NCBI RefSeq assembly: GCF_963921235.1
Contig: NC_086097.1
Span: forward strand, 222,272,001-222,336,000
Reading direction: 5' to 3'
Source of the DNA: Mobula hypostoma
Lineage: Eukaryota
Length of the DNA: 64,000 nt
The notes beneath the pieces were generated by a model. The model did not search any database. It was not told the origin of the DNA and saw only the letters and a list, made by a program, of their open reading frames with translations. Numbering within the stretch: position 1 is the first letter of the stretch; every line of letters begins with the position of its first letter. Below are positions 12,832-24,793 of the stretch, in pieces. The position numbers were made by a program, and so were the translations under genes.

Positions 12832-15800
12832 ATACGTTCAGAAATGTCTAGGGTGTGGTTATATGTCTTGGTTTACTGTTGAGAAGGGATTGCTTACTGT
12901 TTGGTTAGAAAAGGAGAGTGCTTTTTTTCTACTAGAGAAAAATGCAAACTGAATTGGTAAAAATAATTTCCTATAATGTTAATGGGGTTTTGAATCCAAT
13001 TAAAAGAAATAAGATTATGTCTAAATTGAAAAAAGAGAGGGCACAAATAGCTTTCCTCCAGGAAACACATATGAGCCAATCTGAACATGGAAAATTAAAA
13101 AGAATGGGCTTTAAGCATGTATTTTATTCATCATATAAATTGAGTCACAAAAGAGGGGTAGCTACTTTAATATCAATTACTCTTAATTATGAACATATTT
13201 CAGAGACTAGAGACAAAGAAGGACGGTTTGTAAAAATCACAGGAAGAATAGAAGGTACAGAAATAACATTGCTGAATGTTTATGCTCCTCCAGGTAGTGA
13301 ATGGTCATTTTATAGACACATTTTTGACCTAATGGTCAGTTCTCGAGGGGTAGTAATTTGTGGAGGGGATTTTAATATTAGATTAAATCCTATATTAGAT
13401 TCTTCAAGAATAGTTACTCAGAATAAACCTCTGACTCGGAAAGTGAATTCATTGATGGAGGAGTTGGGAATTATAGATGTCTGGAGGGAATTACACCCTA
13501 CTAGTAAAGATTATATATATTACTCTTTCCCTCATTCAGCCTATTCAAGGATACACTATTTCTTTATCTTTAATACAGATAGACTCAGGATAAAAAACTG
13601 TAATATTGCAACAATTGATCTGTCGGATCATAGCTCAGTCTCTATGTCTCTAATCCTGGAAAGGAAAATGAGGAAAACACTATGGAGGCTAAACTCACAT
13701 ATACTTAATAACCCAAAAGTAATGGAGAGATTAAGGGGAGAAATCAAAGAATATCTAGACCTTAATGACACGGGAGAAACATCACCAGTGATTTTATGGG
13801 ATACATTGAAAGCTGTACTGAGAGGGAAAATTATTTCCATTACTACTCACATGAAAAAAATCAATGCACAAAAATTGGCAGACCTTCAAGGAAAATTAAA
13901 ACAACTTCAAGTTGGAGATAGCAACAAAAGTAATTCAAATCGAAAACAGGAAATTAGGAAATTGCAAAGTGAAATTGATGATATTTATACGTTGGAAACT
14001 CAAAGAAATTTTCTTTACCTGAGACAAAAGAATTATGAAGGAGGAGGTAAATCAACTAGATTATTAGCATATAAATTACGAAAACAACAAGCAGACAATA
14101 CAATTCATAAAATAAAGAATCCAAAGACAAAGCTTGTGGAGAGTACAATAGGGAAAATTCAAGAGAGTTTTGAAACGTATTATCGAGAGCTGTACTCCCA
14201 ACCCCGGGCCCCCAGTGAGCCCTATATAGACAGTGTATTGAATTTTTTAGATCTACCTAAACTTACAGATTTACAAAATGAAAGTTTATTAGAACCAGTA
14301 ACTGTCAAAGAACTGAACGTGGCCATCTCTAGGTTAAAGGCTGGAAAGTCCCCGGGTTCTGATGGGTTTACCTCAGAGTGGTACAAGTCCCTGAAGACAC
14401 AGTTAGCCCCATTACTACTTAACACCTTTAATTGGATCTTGCAGAGAGGAGAAACTCCACCTTCCTGGAGAGAAGCGATTATTTCAGTTATTCCTAAAGA
14501 GGGTAAAGATAAACTAGAATGTGGCAATTATCGGCCAATTAGTGTTCTTAATTTAGATTACAAACTATTTACATCTATATTAGCGCGCAGATTGGAAAAG
14601 CTTTTACCTGGCCTAATCCATTTAGACCAGACTGGATTTATTCAACAAAGACAAACACAGGACAACATAAGGAGAACTCTGCACATATTAGAACAGGTTA
14701 ATAAGAACGAGACAGAGACAATGGTAGTAGGATTGGACGCTGAGAAAGCTTTTGATTCGGTTAGTTGGGCATTCCTATACAGAGTGTTAGGAAGATTCGG
14801 CTTTCAAGAAAGGTTTATTAAAGTAATTCAGACTCTGTATGACAGCCCAACAGCCCGAATTAAGATAAATGGGGACCTCTCTGGCTCCTTCATTTTAGAG
14901 AGAGGCACTAGACAGGGATGCCCAATTTCTCCTCTCCTTTTTGCGCTATATATTGAACCACTTGGCCAACTAATAAGACAGAGCGAAATCGTAAAAGGTA
15001 TCAAGGTGGCAGGGATTGAACAGAAAGTGGCGTTATTCGCAGATGATGTTTTGGTCTATCTGAGTGAACCAGAAAAATCATTTATAGGATTGTTTACACT
15101 GTTGGATGACTTTGGGAAAATATCAGGTTATAAAATAAATGTAAAGAAAACGCAGGTTATGTCCCTAAATTATACACCATCCAAAAAATTGCAGGATACA
15201 TACGATCTTAAGTGGGAAGCTAAATCATTAAAATATTTAGGAATAACCCTACCGAAGGATCTTTCAACACTGTCACAGGTAAATTATGGGCCATTAATCT
15301 CAGAGATAAAAGCAGATATGCATAGATGGAATCTTATCCCCTTTTTAAGTTTAAATTCAAGGATAAATACTATAAAAATGAATATTCTTCCTCGGTTATT
15401 ATATCTTTTCCGTACTTTACCAGTGGAGGTGGATGATAATCAATTCAGGGAATGGGACAAATGGATTTCCCGCTTCATTTGGCAAGGAAGGAAACCTAGA
15501 ATTCGATATAACACCTTACAGTTAGGGAAGGAAAGAGGAGGTATGGTTCTTCCTTGCCTGAGAAATTATTTTTATGCCTCACAGATAACCCCTCTGTTAT
15601 ATTGGTGTAATAGGGAATATAAGGCTAGATGGAAGGAAATAGAATTTGGATTAGTTGACAGTTTTCCTCTTCAGGCCTCAATAGCTGACAAAGGATTGAT
15701 GGCCCAGTTGGAAAAATTTAATAATGCTTGGATAAATCTTACATTAAAAGTATGGCAGAAGGTGGTTAATTCATGTGGAATTAATAACATGCTAAAACTC

Positions 15801-17285
15801 TTTAGATGGTGTGCATATGATACCGAATTCCTTCCCAACAGAGGAGATAAAAGATTTGAGCTATGGATAAAGAAAGGTCTTACAACCTACCTCTCATTTA
15901 TAGATAAAAGAGTATTACAAAGTTTCCAAATCCTGCAGGACAAACATGGCCTAGAACATAATGACTTTTTTAGGTACCTTCAAATACGAAATTATGTTAA
16001 ACAGAGTTGTAGATATACAGACCTATCAACAGTAGAATTAGAATTTTTCAAGATTCTGAATTCGGCTTGCAGTTTAATACCTAGTAAATCAGTTTCTCGC
16101 CTATATAATGCACTCTCCCATGCTAAAAATGTAAATACACTGTATATTAAAGAGAAGTGGGAGAAAGGAGCAGGGTTGGTACTTTCAGAGGAAGCTTGGG
16201 GGAAAATCTGCAGCTTTCAATGGTCCTCGACTAATTCTTTGACTTGGAGAGAACATTGTTGGAAAAACATTATAAGATACTTCAAGACCCCATATCAGGA
16301 AAAATATAAAGATACAAATGTGATGTGTTGGAGAAGGTGCGGCTCCAAGGAGACAAATCATTTTCATATTTTCTGGGATTGCCCTAAATTAAGTCTATTT
16401 TGGGAAGGTATTCATAGAACATTAGTTAAGGTACTTAGGTCCCAGATACCTCTGAACTTTGAGACGCTCTATTTGGGGCATGCATTGTTCCTTGAACAGA
16501 AGGAAGATATAAAGTTGCTGCAGGCCCTCTTAGCGGCAAGTAAGAAATCAATCACTAGAAAATGGCTAAATCCAATACCACCTACATTAGAAGATTGGTA
16601 CGAAATTATCTTGGAAATATTTAAAATGGAAAAGTTGACCTACTCCCTGAGAACTCAAAAAGAAACATTTTATCAAATCTGGAATAAATGGATTGAATAT
16701 ATAACCCCAATGCGAGCAGACTTTAGATGACTCTCCTAATGATTTATATTGCTCTTCTCATCAACACAGTAATATTGCTAACGTAAGCACCCCTAGTCTA
16801 AATGTTTGTTGTTTTTTTATTTGGAAAATAGAGAATTATCACAAGTAAAGGGAAAGATTTGGGAAAGGGATAAAAAAAAATGAAAAAATTAAGTAAATAA
16901 GTACATAGGGATTGGATAATTATGTCTGCGGGCAGGAACAAGCACGAACAAATTGGGATATAAACACCTACAATGGTTGGTATATAGGCTTGTATGCAAC
17001 ATTTTGGACCAGTGGAAATGGTCCAGAAGGGTTGTATGGAAACTATTATCACCATTTTTCTTAACAACTAATTTCATTACTTAGCCTAATAGGTTAGATT
17101 TACCACAGTACATAATTATCTATTTAAATGTTTATTTTGCTTTTATATCATCTCAATGTGTACTTAAGAATGTATAAATAATTGTAGTTTTATACATATA
17201 AAAAAATGGAAAAGGTTATATGGGTGAAAAAAGTACATGATAATTGTGAACTCCTTATCCAAATAAAAATAAAATTTAAAAAAAA
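12832..17285 (+). mobile_element. Young 5'-truncated L1-clade LINE (complete ORF2, no ORF1)
   Basis: 16-bp TSD AGGATTGGAGAGAGTC (12816-12831 and 17286-17301); ~550-bp 3' UTR with AATAAA and an A-rich tail. Confidence 0.95.
12942..16730 (+). CDS. L1 ORF2p: APE endonuclease, reverse transcriptase and C-terminal CCHC finger (1262 aa)
   Basis: YNVNG, LQETH, GGDFN, SDH; KSPGSDG, LDAEKAFD, QGCPISP, LFADD, KYLG; CWRRC...HIFWDC; no stops or frameshifts. Confidence 0.95.
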   Translation: MQTELVKIISYNVNGVLNPIKRNKIMSKLKKERAQIAFLQETHMSQSEHGKLKRMGFKHVFYSSYKLSHKRGVATLISITLNYEHISETRDKEGRFVKITGRIEGTEITLLNVYAPPGSEWSFYRHIFDLMVSSRGVVICGGDFNIRLNPILDSSRIVTQNKPLTRKVNSLMEELGIIDVWRELHPTSKDYIYYSFPHSAYSRIHYFFIFNTDRLRIKNCNIATIDLSDHSSVSMSLILERKMRKTLWRLNSHILNNPKVMERLRGEIKEYLDLNDTGETSPVILWDTLKAVLRGKIISITTHMKKINAQKLADLQGKLKQLQVGDSNKSNSNRKQEIRKLQSEIDDIYTLETQRNFLYLRQKNYEGGGKSTRLLAYKLRKQQADNTIHKIKNPKTKLVESTIGKIQESFETYYRELYSQPRAPSEPYIDSVLNFLDLPKLTDLQNESLLEPVTVKELNVAISRLKAGKSPGSDGFTSEWYKSLKTQLAPLLLNTFNWILQRGETPPSWREAIISVIPKEGKDKLECGNYRPISVLNLDYKLFTSILARRLEKLLPGLIHLDQTGFIQQRQTQDNIRRTLHILEQVNKNETETMVVGLDAEKAFDSVSWAFLYRVLGRFGFQERFIKVIQTLYDSPTARIKINGDLSGSFILERGTRQGCPISPLLFALYIEPLGQLIRQSEIVKGIKVAGIEQKVALFADDVLVYLSEPEKSFIGLFTLLDDFGKISGYKINVKKTQVMSLNYTPSKKLQDTYDLKWEAKSLKYLGITLPKDLSTLSQVNYGPLISEIKADMHRWNLIPFLSLNSRINTIKMNILPRLLYLFRTLPVEVDDNQFREWDKWISRFIWQGRKPRIRYNTLQLGKERGGMVLPCLRNYFYASQITPLLYWCNREYKARWKEIEFGLVDSFPLQASIADKGLMAQLEKFNNAWINLTLKVWQKVVNSCGINNMLKLFRWCAYDTEFLPNRGDKRFELWIKKGLTTYLSFIDKRVLQSFQILQDKHGLEHNDFFRYLQIRNYVKQSCRYTDLSTVELEFFKILNSACSLIPSKSVSRLYNALSHAKNVNTLYIKEKWEKGAGLVLSEEAWGKICSFQWSSTNSLTWREHCWKNIIRYFKTPYQEKYKDTNVMCWRRCGSKETNHFHIFWDCPKLSLFWEGIHRTLVKVLRSQIPLNFETLYLGHALFLEQKEDIKLLQALLAASKKSITRKWLNPIPPTLEDWYEIILEIFKMEKLTYSLRTQKETFYQIWNKWIEYITPMRADFR

Positions 17286-18092
17286 AGGATTGGAGAGAGT
17301 CCAGAGGAGGTACACAAGGATGATTTCAGGAATGAAAGAGTTATCATACAAGGAACATTTGATGGCTGTGGGTCTGTACTTGCCGGAATTTAAAAGGATG
17401 TGGGGAAACCTCATTGAAAACTTTCTAATATTGAAAGGCCTAGACAGAGTGGATGTGGAAAGGATGTTTCCCATGATGGGATAGTCTAGGACAAGAGGGC
17501 ACAGCCTCAGGAGAGAGGGGCGCCCATTCAAAACAGAGATGTGGAGAAATTTCTTTTGCCAGAGTATGTTGAATTTGTGGAATTTGCTGTCACGTGCAGC
17601 TGTGGAGGCCAGGTTATTGGGTGTATTTAAGGCAGAGATTGATAGGTTCTTGATTGGACATGGCATCAAAGGTTACAGGGAGAAGGCCAGAAAATGGGGT
17701 TGAGGAGGAGAAACAAGGGATCAGACATGATTGAATGGAGGAGCAGACTCAATTGGCTAAACGGTCTAATTCTGCTCCTACACCTTATGGTCTCATATTC
17801 TTATGATAAAATAGGCCACAGTCAGCATGGTTTCCTCAAAGGAAAATCTTGCCTGACATATCTGTTGGAATTTTTTGAAGAAATAACAAGCAGGATAGAC
17901 AAAGGAGAATCAGTTGGTTTTGTATACTTGGATTTTCAGAAGGCCTTTGACAAGCTGTCACATGTGAGGCTGCTTAACAAACTACAAGCCCATGGTATTA
18001 CAGGAAAGTTTCTAGCGTGGATAAAGCAGTGGCTGATTGGCAGGAGGCAAAGAGTGGCGATAATGGGAGCCTTTTCTGGTTTGCTGCCAGAG

Positions 18093-19663
18093 ACCAGTAG
18101 TGTTCCACAGGGGTCTGTGTTGGGACCAGTGGTGTTCCACAGGGGTCTGTGTTGGGACCAGTGGTGTTCCACAGGGGTCTGTGTTGGGACTCGTGGGGTT
18201 CCATAGGGGTCTGTGTTGGGAGTAGTGATGTTCCTCCAAGGTCTGTGTTGGGACCAGTGGTGTTCCATAGGGATCTGTGTTGGGACTGATGGTGTTCCAC
18301 AGGGGGGTCTGTGTTGGGACCAGTGGTGTTCCATAGGGATCTGTGTTGGGACTGATGGTGTTCCACAGGGGTCTGTGTTGGGACCAGTGGTGTTCCACAG
18401 GGGTCTGTGCTGGGACCAGTGGTGTTCCACAGGGGTCTGTGTTGGGACTCGTGATGTTCCACAGGGGCCTGTGTTGGGACCAGTGGTGTTCCACAGTGGT
18501 CTGTGTTGGGACCAGTGGTGTTCCACAGGGGTCTGTGTTGGGACCAGCGGTGTTCCACAGGGGTCTGTGCTGGGACCAGTGGTGTTCCACAGGGGTCTGT
18601 GTTGGGACTCGTGATGTTCCATAGGGGTCTGTGTTGGAACTGATGGTGTTCCACAGGGGCCTGTGTTGGGACCAGTGGTGTTCCACAGGGGTCTGTGTTG
18701 GGACCAGTGGTGTTCCACAGGGGTCTGTGCTGGGACCAGTGGTGTTCTACAGGGGTCCGTGTTGGGACTCGTGATGTTCCGTAGGGGTCAGTGTTGGAAC
18801 TGATGGTGTTCCACAGGGGCCTGTGTTGAGACCAGTGGTGTTCCACAGGGGCCTGTGTTGGGACCAGTGGTGTTCCACAGGGGTCTGTGTTGGGACCAGT
18901 GGTGTTCCACAGGGGTCTGTGTTGGGACTCGTGATGTTCCATAGGGGTCCGTGTTGGGACTCGTGATGTTCCGTAGGGGTCAGTGTTGGAACTGATGGTG
19001 TTCCACAGGGGCCTGTGTTGAGACCAGTGGTGTTCCACAGGGGCCTGTGTTGGGACCAGTGGTGTTCCACAGGGGTCTGTGTTGGGACCAGTGGTGTTCC
19101 ACAGGGGTCTGTGTTGGGACTCGTGATGTTCCATAGGGGTCTGTGTTGGGACCAGTGGTGTTCCACAGGGGTCTGTGTTGGGAGTAGTGATGTTCCTCCA
19201 AGGTCTGTGTTGGGACTAGTGGTGTTCCACAGGGGTCTGTGTTGGAACCAGTGGTGTTCCACAGGGGTCTGTGTTGGGAGTAGTGATGTTCCTCCAAGGT
19301 CTGTGTTGGGACTAGTGGTGTTCCACAGGGGTCTGTGTTGGAACCAGTGGTGTTCCACAGGGGTCTGTGTTGGAACTAGTGATGTCCCTCCGAGATCTGT
19401 GTTGGAACTAGTGGTGTTCCACAGGGATCTGTGTTGGGACGTGTTGTTCCACAGGGGCCTGTGTTGGAACTAGTGGTGTTCCACAGGGGTCTGTGTTGGG
19501 ACCAGTGGTGTTCCACAGGGGTCTGTGTTGGGACCAGTGGTGTTCCATAGGGGTCTTTGTTGGGACTAGTGGTTTTCCACAGGGGTCTGAGTTGGGACTA
19601 GTGGTTTTCCACAGGGGTCTGTGTTGGAACTAGTGGTGGCCCTCCGAGATCTGTGTTGGGACC
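18093..19663 (+). repeat. 32-bp minisatellite (~49 copies) derived from CR1 RT sequence
   Basis: Head-to-tail unit ACCAGTGGTGTTCCACAGGGGTCTGTGTTGGG (ccagt at 18126, 18158, ...); CR1 RT sequence continues on both sides. Confidence 0.97.
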
Positions 19664-22600
19664 GATTCTTTTTATGTTATATATCAATGATTTTGACGAC
19701 TGAATTGGTGGCTCCATGCCAAGTTTGCGGACAATACAAAGATAAGCGGTGGAGCAAATTGTTCTGAGGAAATAAGGAGGCTATAGAAGAACAGGCAAAT
19801 TAGGAGAATGGGCAGAGAACTGGCATGTGGAATAGAGTGTCAGGAAATGTATGGTCATGCATTTTGGTAGAAGAAATGAAAGGGTTGACTATTTTCTAAA
19901 TGGAGAAAAAATACAAAAGTCTGAGATGTAAATAGATTAAGGAGTCCTTGTGCAGGATTCCCTAAAGGTTAATTTGCAAAGTCTTTATGTATATTTAAGG
20001 CAGAGGTTCATAGATTCTTCATTGGTCAGGGCATGAAGGAATATGAGGGAAGGCAGGAGATTGCGACTGAGAGGAAAAATGGATCAGCCATGATGAAAGT
20101 GCAGAGCAGAGTTGATGGGCCAAATGGCCTAATTCTGCTCCTATATCTTATGGCTTATGGCCTAAAGTTATACAATAACAAGTAGCAACAGCCTTATTTA
20201 ATTTTAATCTTTAATATTAACTCCTGTTGCTGCTTCAAAATCCAAATTCCAAAGCATGAACTTTTTGGTTGTAGTTCCTTCAACTCCTTATCAGAGCTCT
20301 ATTGGAAAAATACACATTACCTTCTATTGGGGTTTTCTAGTTAAAATAAGAACAAGATAAAAAAAACCTACAGATTAATCCACATTTTTTTTCATTAAGG
20401 TCAAAAAGAAAAAAATATTCATAGCTTGTTTTAATGGCTTTTTCCAAAAATCACAATGTTTTGGATCATAAGGGCAATTCAGCAATCCTTTTATGGAATG
20501 CTGGTGAGGCTAATAAACCTTACATAGAAAGGCATGTACTGCAGTCATTCACTGATGGATCAAAGGACCCTCTGAGAGAAAAAAAAACATTTTGCACTCA
20601 AACTCAAACTCAAACTCAAACTGCACTCAAACTTGTGAACTCTAAATGGTTAAATAGAGAAATAAAAATTCAAAGTAAAAAATGCAGCTATGGAAAATTA
20701 CTACAACAGACTTTGGAACTATTCTGTTCTCTGTTATATCAAGATTGCTAAATTGACTTAAGTGGTAACTTCCGTCAAATGAAGAATAATTTACACTTCA
20801 CATCAGAAAAGTACTATGATAAACCTATTCAGCCAAGACATATTTTTCACACCAAAATCTATCAGCAGAGGCTTGTGTGACAAAATAACAGTGAAGAAAC
20901 ATGGGTACAGACAGCTAGTCAGTAAGCAATAGCTGACTAATCAGAAATTGATCTTGTTCTGACAATTCATCTGTACTTGTGCACAATGAAGATAATGGAT
21001 GGGAGTATATGGGAGTATAAACTTGGGAGCCACAGTCTTTAGGAGATGTTGACCTAATCAACTGAATTCTCTTCGAGCAAGGTATTTTTTGTGTAAGTAT
21101 GCAATATACAGCCTGAATAAAGTTAATTGATTCCAACAATCTGTCTTATTGACAATGAAAGTGCAAAAATCAGAAATGTAAGAAGAAAAACTTTCTACAG
21201 ATTGCGGTGATTATGAAAGGACGATGGATGATCATCTGAAGTGCTCTTAGAACCATAGAACCATAGAACACTACAGCACAGAAAACAGGCCATTCAGCCC
21301 TTCTAGTCTGTGCCGAAACTTTATTCCGCTAGTCCCATTGACCTGCATCCAGTCCATAACCCTCCAGACCTCTCCCATTCATGTATCTATCCAATTTATT
21401 CCTAAAACTTAAGAGTAAGCCCACATTTACCACATCAGATGTCAGCTCATTCCACACTCCCACCACTCTTTGAGTGAAGTTCCCCCTAATGATCCCCCTA
21501 AATCTTTCCCCTTTCACCCTAAAGCCATGTCCTCCCGTATTTCTCTCTCCTAATCTAATCTCTCCTATTCGCATTTACTCTGTCTAAACCCCTCATAATT
21601 TTGTAAACCTCTATCAAATCCCCCCTCATTCTTTTACACTCCAAGGAATAAAGTCCTAACCTGTTCAATCTTTCCCTGTAACTCAACTCCCGAAGACCCA
21701 GCAATATCCTAGTAAATCTTCTCTGCACTCTTTCAATCTTACTGATATCCTTCCTATAGTTAGGTGATCAGAACTGCACACAATACTCCAAATTTGGCCT
21801 CACCAATGTCTTATACAACTTCACCATTACATCCCAACTCCTATACTCAATATTTTGATTTACGAATGCCAGGATGCCAAAAGCCTACTTTACAACCCTG
21901 TCTACCTGTGACGCCACTTGCAGGGAATTATGTTTCTGAACTCCCAGATCCCTTTGTTCCTCTGCACTCCTCAGTGCCCTACCATTTAATGTGTATACCT
22001 TGATTTGTCCTTCCAAAATGTAACACCTCACACTTGTCTGCATGAAATTCGATCTGCCATTTTCTGGCCCATTTTCCAGTTGGTCCAGATCCCTCTGCAA
22101 GCTTTGAAAGCACTTCCTTGCTGTCCACAACGCCTCCAATCTTAGTGTAATCAGCAAACTTGCTGATCCAATTTACCACATTATCATCTAGATCATTGAT
22201 ATAGACCACAAACAGGCCAGCACAGATCCCTGAGGCACACCACTAAATCACAGGCCTCCAGTCTGAGAAGCAATCATCCACTACCACTCTCTGTCTTCTC
22301 CCACACAGCCAATTTCGAATCCAGTTTACAACCTCTCCATGGATACCTAGTGTCTGAACCTTCTGAACTAACCTCCCATGTGGGACCTTGTCAAAGGCCT
22401 TACTAAAGTCTATGTAGACAACATCCACAGCCTTTCCTTCATCTACTTTCTTGGTAACCTCCTCGAAAAACTCTAAAGGATTTGTTAAACACGATCTACC
22501 ACGCACAAAGCCATGCTGGCTATCCTTAATCAGCCCTTGGCTGTCCAAATGCTTGTATATCCGATCTCTCAGAACACCTTCCAATAATTTACCTACTACT

Positions 22601-22867
22601 GATGTCAGGCTCACCAGCCTGTAATAACCTGGTTTACTTTTGGAGCGTTTTTTAAACAACGGAACAACACGAGCTACCCTCCAATCCTCTGGCACCGCAC
22701 CCGTAGCTAAGAACATTTTAAGTATTTCTGCCAGGGCCCCTGCAATTTCTACACTAGTCTCTCTCAAGGCCCAAGGAAATATCATGTCAGGCCCGGGGGA
22801 TTTATCTACTTTTATTTGCTGTAAGGCAGCAAGCACCTCCTCCTCTTCAATCTCTATATGTTCCATG

Positions 22868-23308
22868 TTGAAAGATTGGAGCGACTGGGCTTGTATACAC
22901 TGGAATTTAGAAGGATGAGAGGGGATCTGATTGAAACGTACAAGATTATTAAGGGATTGAACATGCTAGAGGCTGGAAGCATGTTCCCGATGTTGGGGGA
23001 GTCCAGAACCAGAGGCCACAGTTTAAGAATAAGGGGTAGGCCATTTAGAACAGAGTTGAGGAAAAACTTTTTCACCCAGAGAGTTGTGGATCTGTGGAAT
23101 GCTCTGCCTCAGAAGGCAGTGGAGGCCAATTCTCTGGATACTTTCAAGAGAGAGTTAGATAGAACTCTTAAAGATAGCGGAGTCAAGGGATATGGGGAGA
23201 AGGCAGGAACGGGGTACTGATTGTGGATGATCAGCCATGATCACAGCGAATGGCGGTGCTGGCTCGAAGGGCCAAATGGCCTACTCCTGCACCTATTGTC
23301 TATTGTCT
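22868..23308 (+). mobile_element. 5'-truncated CR1 nested antisense in a CR1
   Basis: Uninterrupted ORF2 C-terminus (RRMRGDLIETYKI...FFTQRVV); (CTATTGT)n tail. Confidence 0.9.
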
Positions 23309-23914
23309 ATGACACTACTTCATGTTTCCCTTCCTTCCATATACACTGTGCCAGTTTCCTGAGTAAATACTGATGCAAAAAAACTGTTTAAGATCTCCCC
23401 CATCCCGTAAGGCTCCACATATAGATGACCACTCTGATCTTCTAGGGGACCAATTTTGTCCCTTACTATCCTTTTAATAAACTTGTAGAATCCCTTCGGG
23501 GTTACCTTCACATTATCTGCCAAAGCAACCTCATGTCTTCTTTTTGCCTTCCTGATTTCCTTCTTTAATATTTTCTTACATTTTCTACTCTTCAAGTACC
23601 TCATTTGTTCTTTGTTACCTATACCTGCTATACACCTCTCTCTTTTTCTTAACCAGATCGCAATATCCCTTGAAAACCAAGGTTCCCTATGCCTGTTAAC
23701 TTTGCCTTTAATCCTGGCAGGAACATGCATAATCTGCACTCTCAAAATTTCGCCTTTGAAGGCCTTCCACTTACTGAACACATCCTTGCCAGAAAACAAC
23801 TTATCCCAATCCACTCTTCCTAGATCTTTTCTCATTTTCACAAAATTGGCCCTTCTCCAATTTAGAACCTCAACTCGAGGACCAGACCTATCCTTATTCA
23901 TAATTAACGTGAAA

Positions 23915-24793
23915 CTAATGACATCTACCTGCAAGGATGTTGGTCTCCCTCCAGTTCAGGTGCAAACCGTCCTGTCGGAACAGGTCCCACCTTCCCTGGA
24001 ACAAAGCCCAATTGTCCAGAAACATGAAGCCCTCCCTCCTGCACCATCTCCTTAGCCATATATTTAGCTGCATTATCTTCCTATTTCTAGCCTCACTAGC
24101 ACATGGTACGGATAGCAATCCTGAGATTGCAACCCTGGAGGTCCTGTCCTTCAACTTTGCACCTAACTCCCTAAACTCTCTTTGCAGGACCTCCTCCTTC
24201 CTATCCACATCATTGGTATTGGTCCCTCCATGGACTACGACATCTGGCTGCTCACCCTCTCTCCTGAGAATACCGAGAACTCGATCCGAGATATCGTGGA
24301 CCCTGGCACCAGGGAGGCAAAGGACCATGAGGGATTCTCGATCTCTCCCACGGAGCCTCTTATCTGTCCTGCTAACTATTGAATCCCCTATCACTACTGC
24401 TCTCCTCTTTTCCCTCCTTCCTTTCTGAGCTGAGGGTCCAGTCTCGGTGCTAGAGATGCGACCACTACAACTTGTCCCTGGTAGGTTGTCCCCACCAACA
24501 GTATCCAAAATGGTATATTTATTGTTGATGAGAACGGCCACAGGGGTGCTCTGCTCTTTCTGTCTATTCTCCTTCCCTCTCCTGACAGTCATCCAGCTAC
24601 CTGCCTCCTGACTTTTAGGAATGACCGTATCCCTGAAACTCCTGTCTATTTCTGTCTCTGCATCACGAATGATCCGAAGTTCATCCAGCTCCAGCTCCAG
24701 TTCCCTAACTCGGTTTCTCAGGAGCTGCAGCTGGATGCACCTTTTACAGGTGTAGTCATCAGGGACAATTGTGCTGTCCCTGACTTCCCACAT
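23915..24793 (-). pseudogene. CR1 ORF1p: Cys-rich/leucine-zipper N-terminus plus SGNH/GDSL esterase domain
   Basis: YTCKRC followed by heptad leucines (LRNRVRELELELDEL); VVIGDS, HGGTN and DGLH blocks. Confidence 0.85.

Larger units (their letters stand above)
11940..17802 (+). mobile_element. CR1 copy B nested in copy A (11940-12831 plus 17302-17802)
   Basis: YLDFQKAFD, GVPQG and FADD motifs; 5-bp duplication ATGAT (11935-11939 and 17803-17807); same subfamily as 26535-29848. Confidence 0.88.
10638..20163 (+). mobile_element. CR1 copy A (outer host): 10638-11939 plus 17803-20163
   Basis: Endonuclease motifs (YRPPN, GDFN), WKIANVTPLFKKG; ggcacATGAT rejoins ATGATaaaataggcc as in the uninterrupted copy near 57556; CTTATGG tail at ~20147-20163. 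Confidence 0.88.

Noticed and set aside
12942..16730. Domesticated host gene
   Set aside because: TSD, A tail and nesting inside a CR1 indicate a recent insertion.
17936..19473. Long repetitive ORFs (up to 378 aa) on both strands
   Set aside because: By-product of a largely stop-free 32-bp unit cycling through frames; no independent sign of a gene.
18093..19663. CRISPR-like array (32-bp repeats)
   Set aside because: Units are head-to-tail with no unique spacers, there are no cas genes, and the unit is CR1 RT sequence in a vertebrate context.
20597..20632. (CAAACT)n run and the 105-aa ORF containing it
   Set aside because: Short simple repeat; the ORF has no recognisable features.
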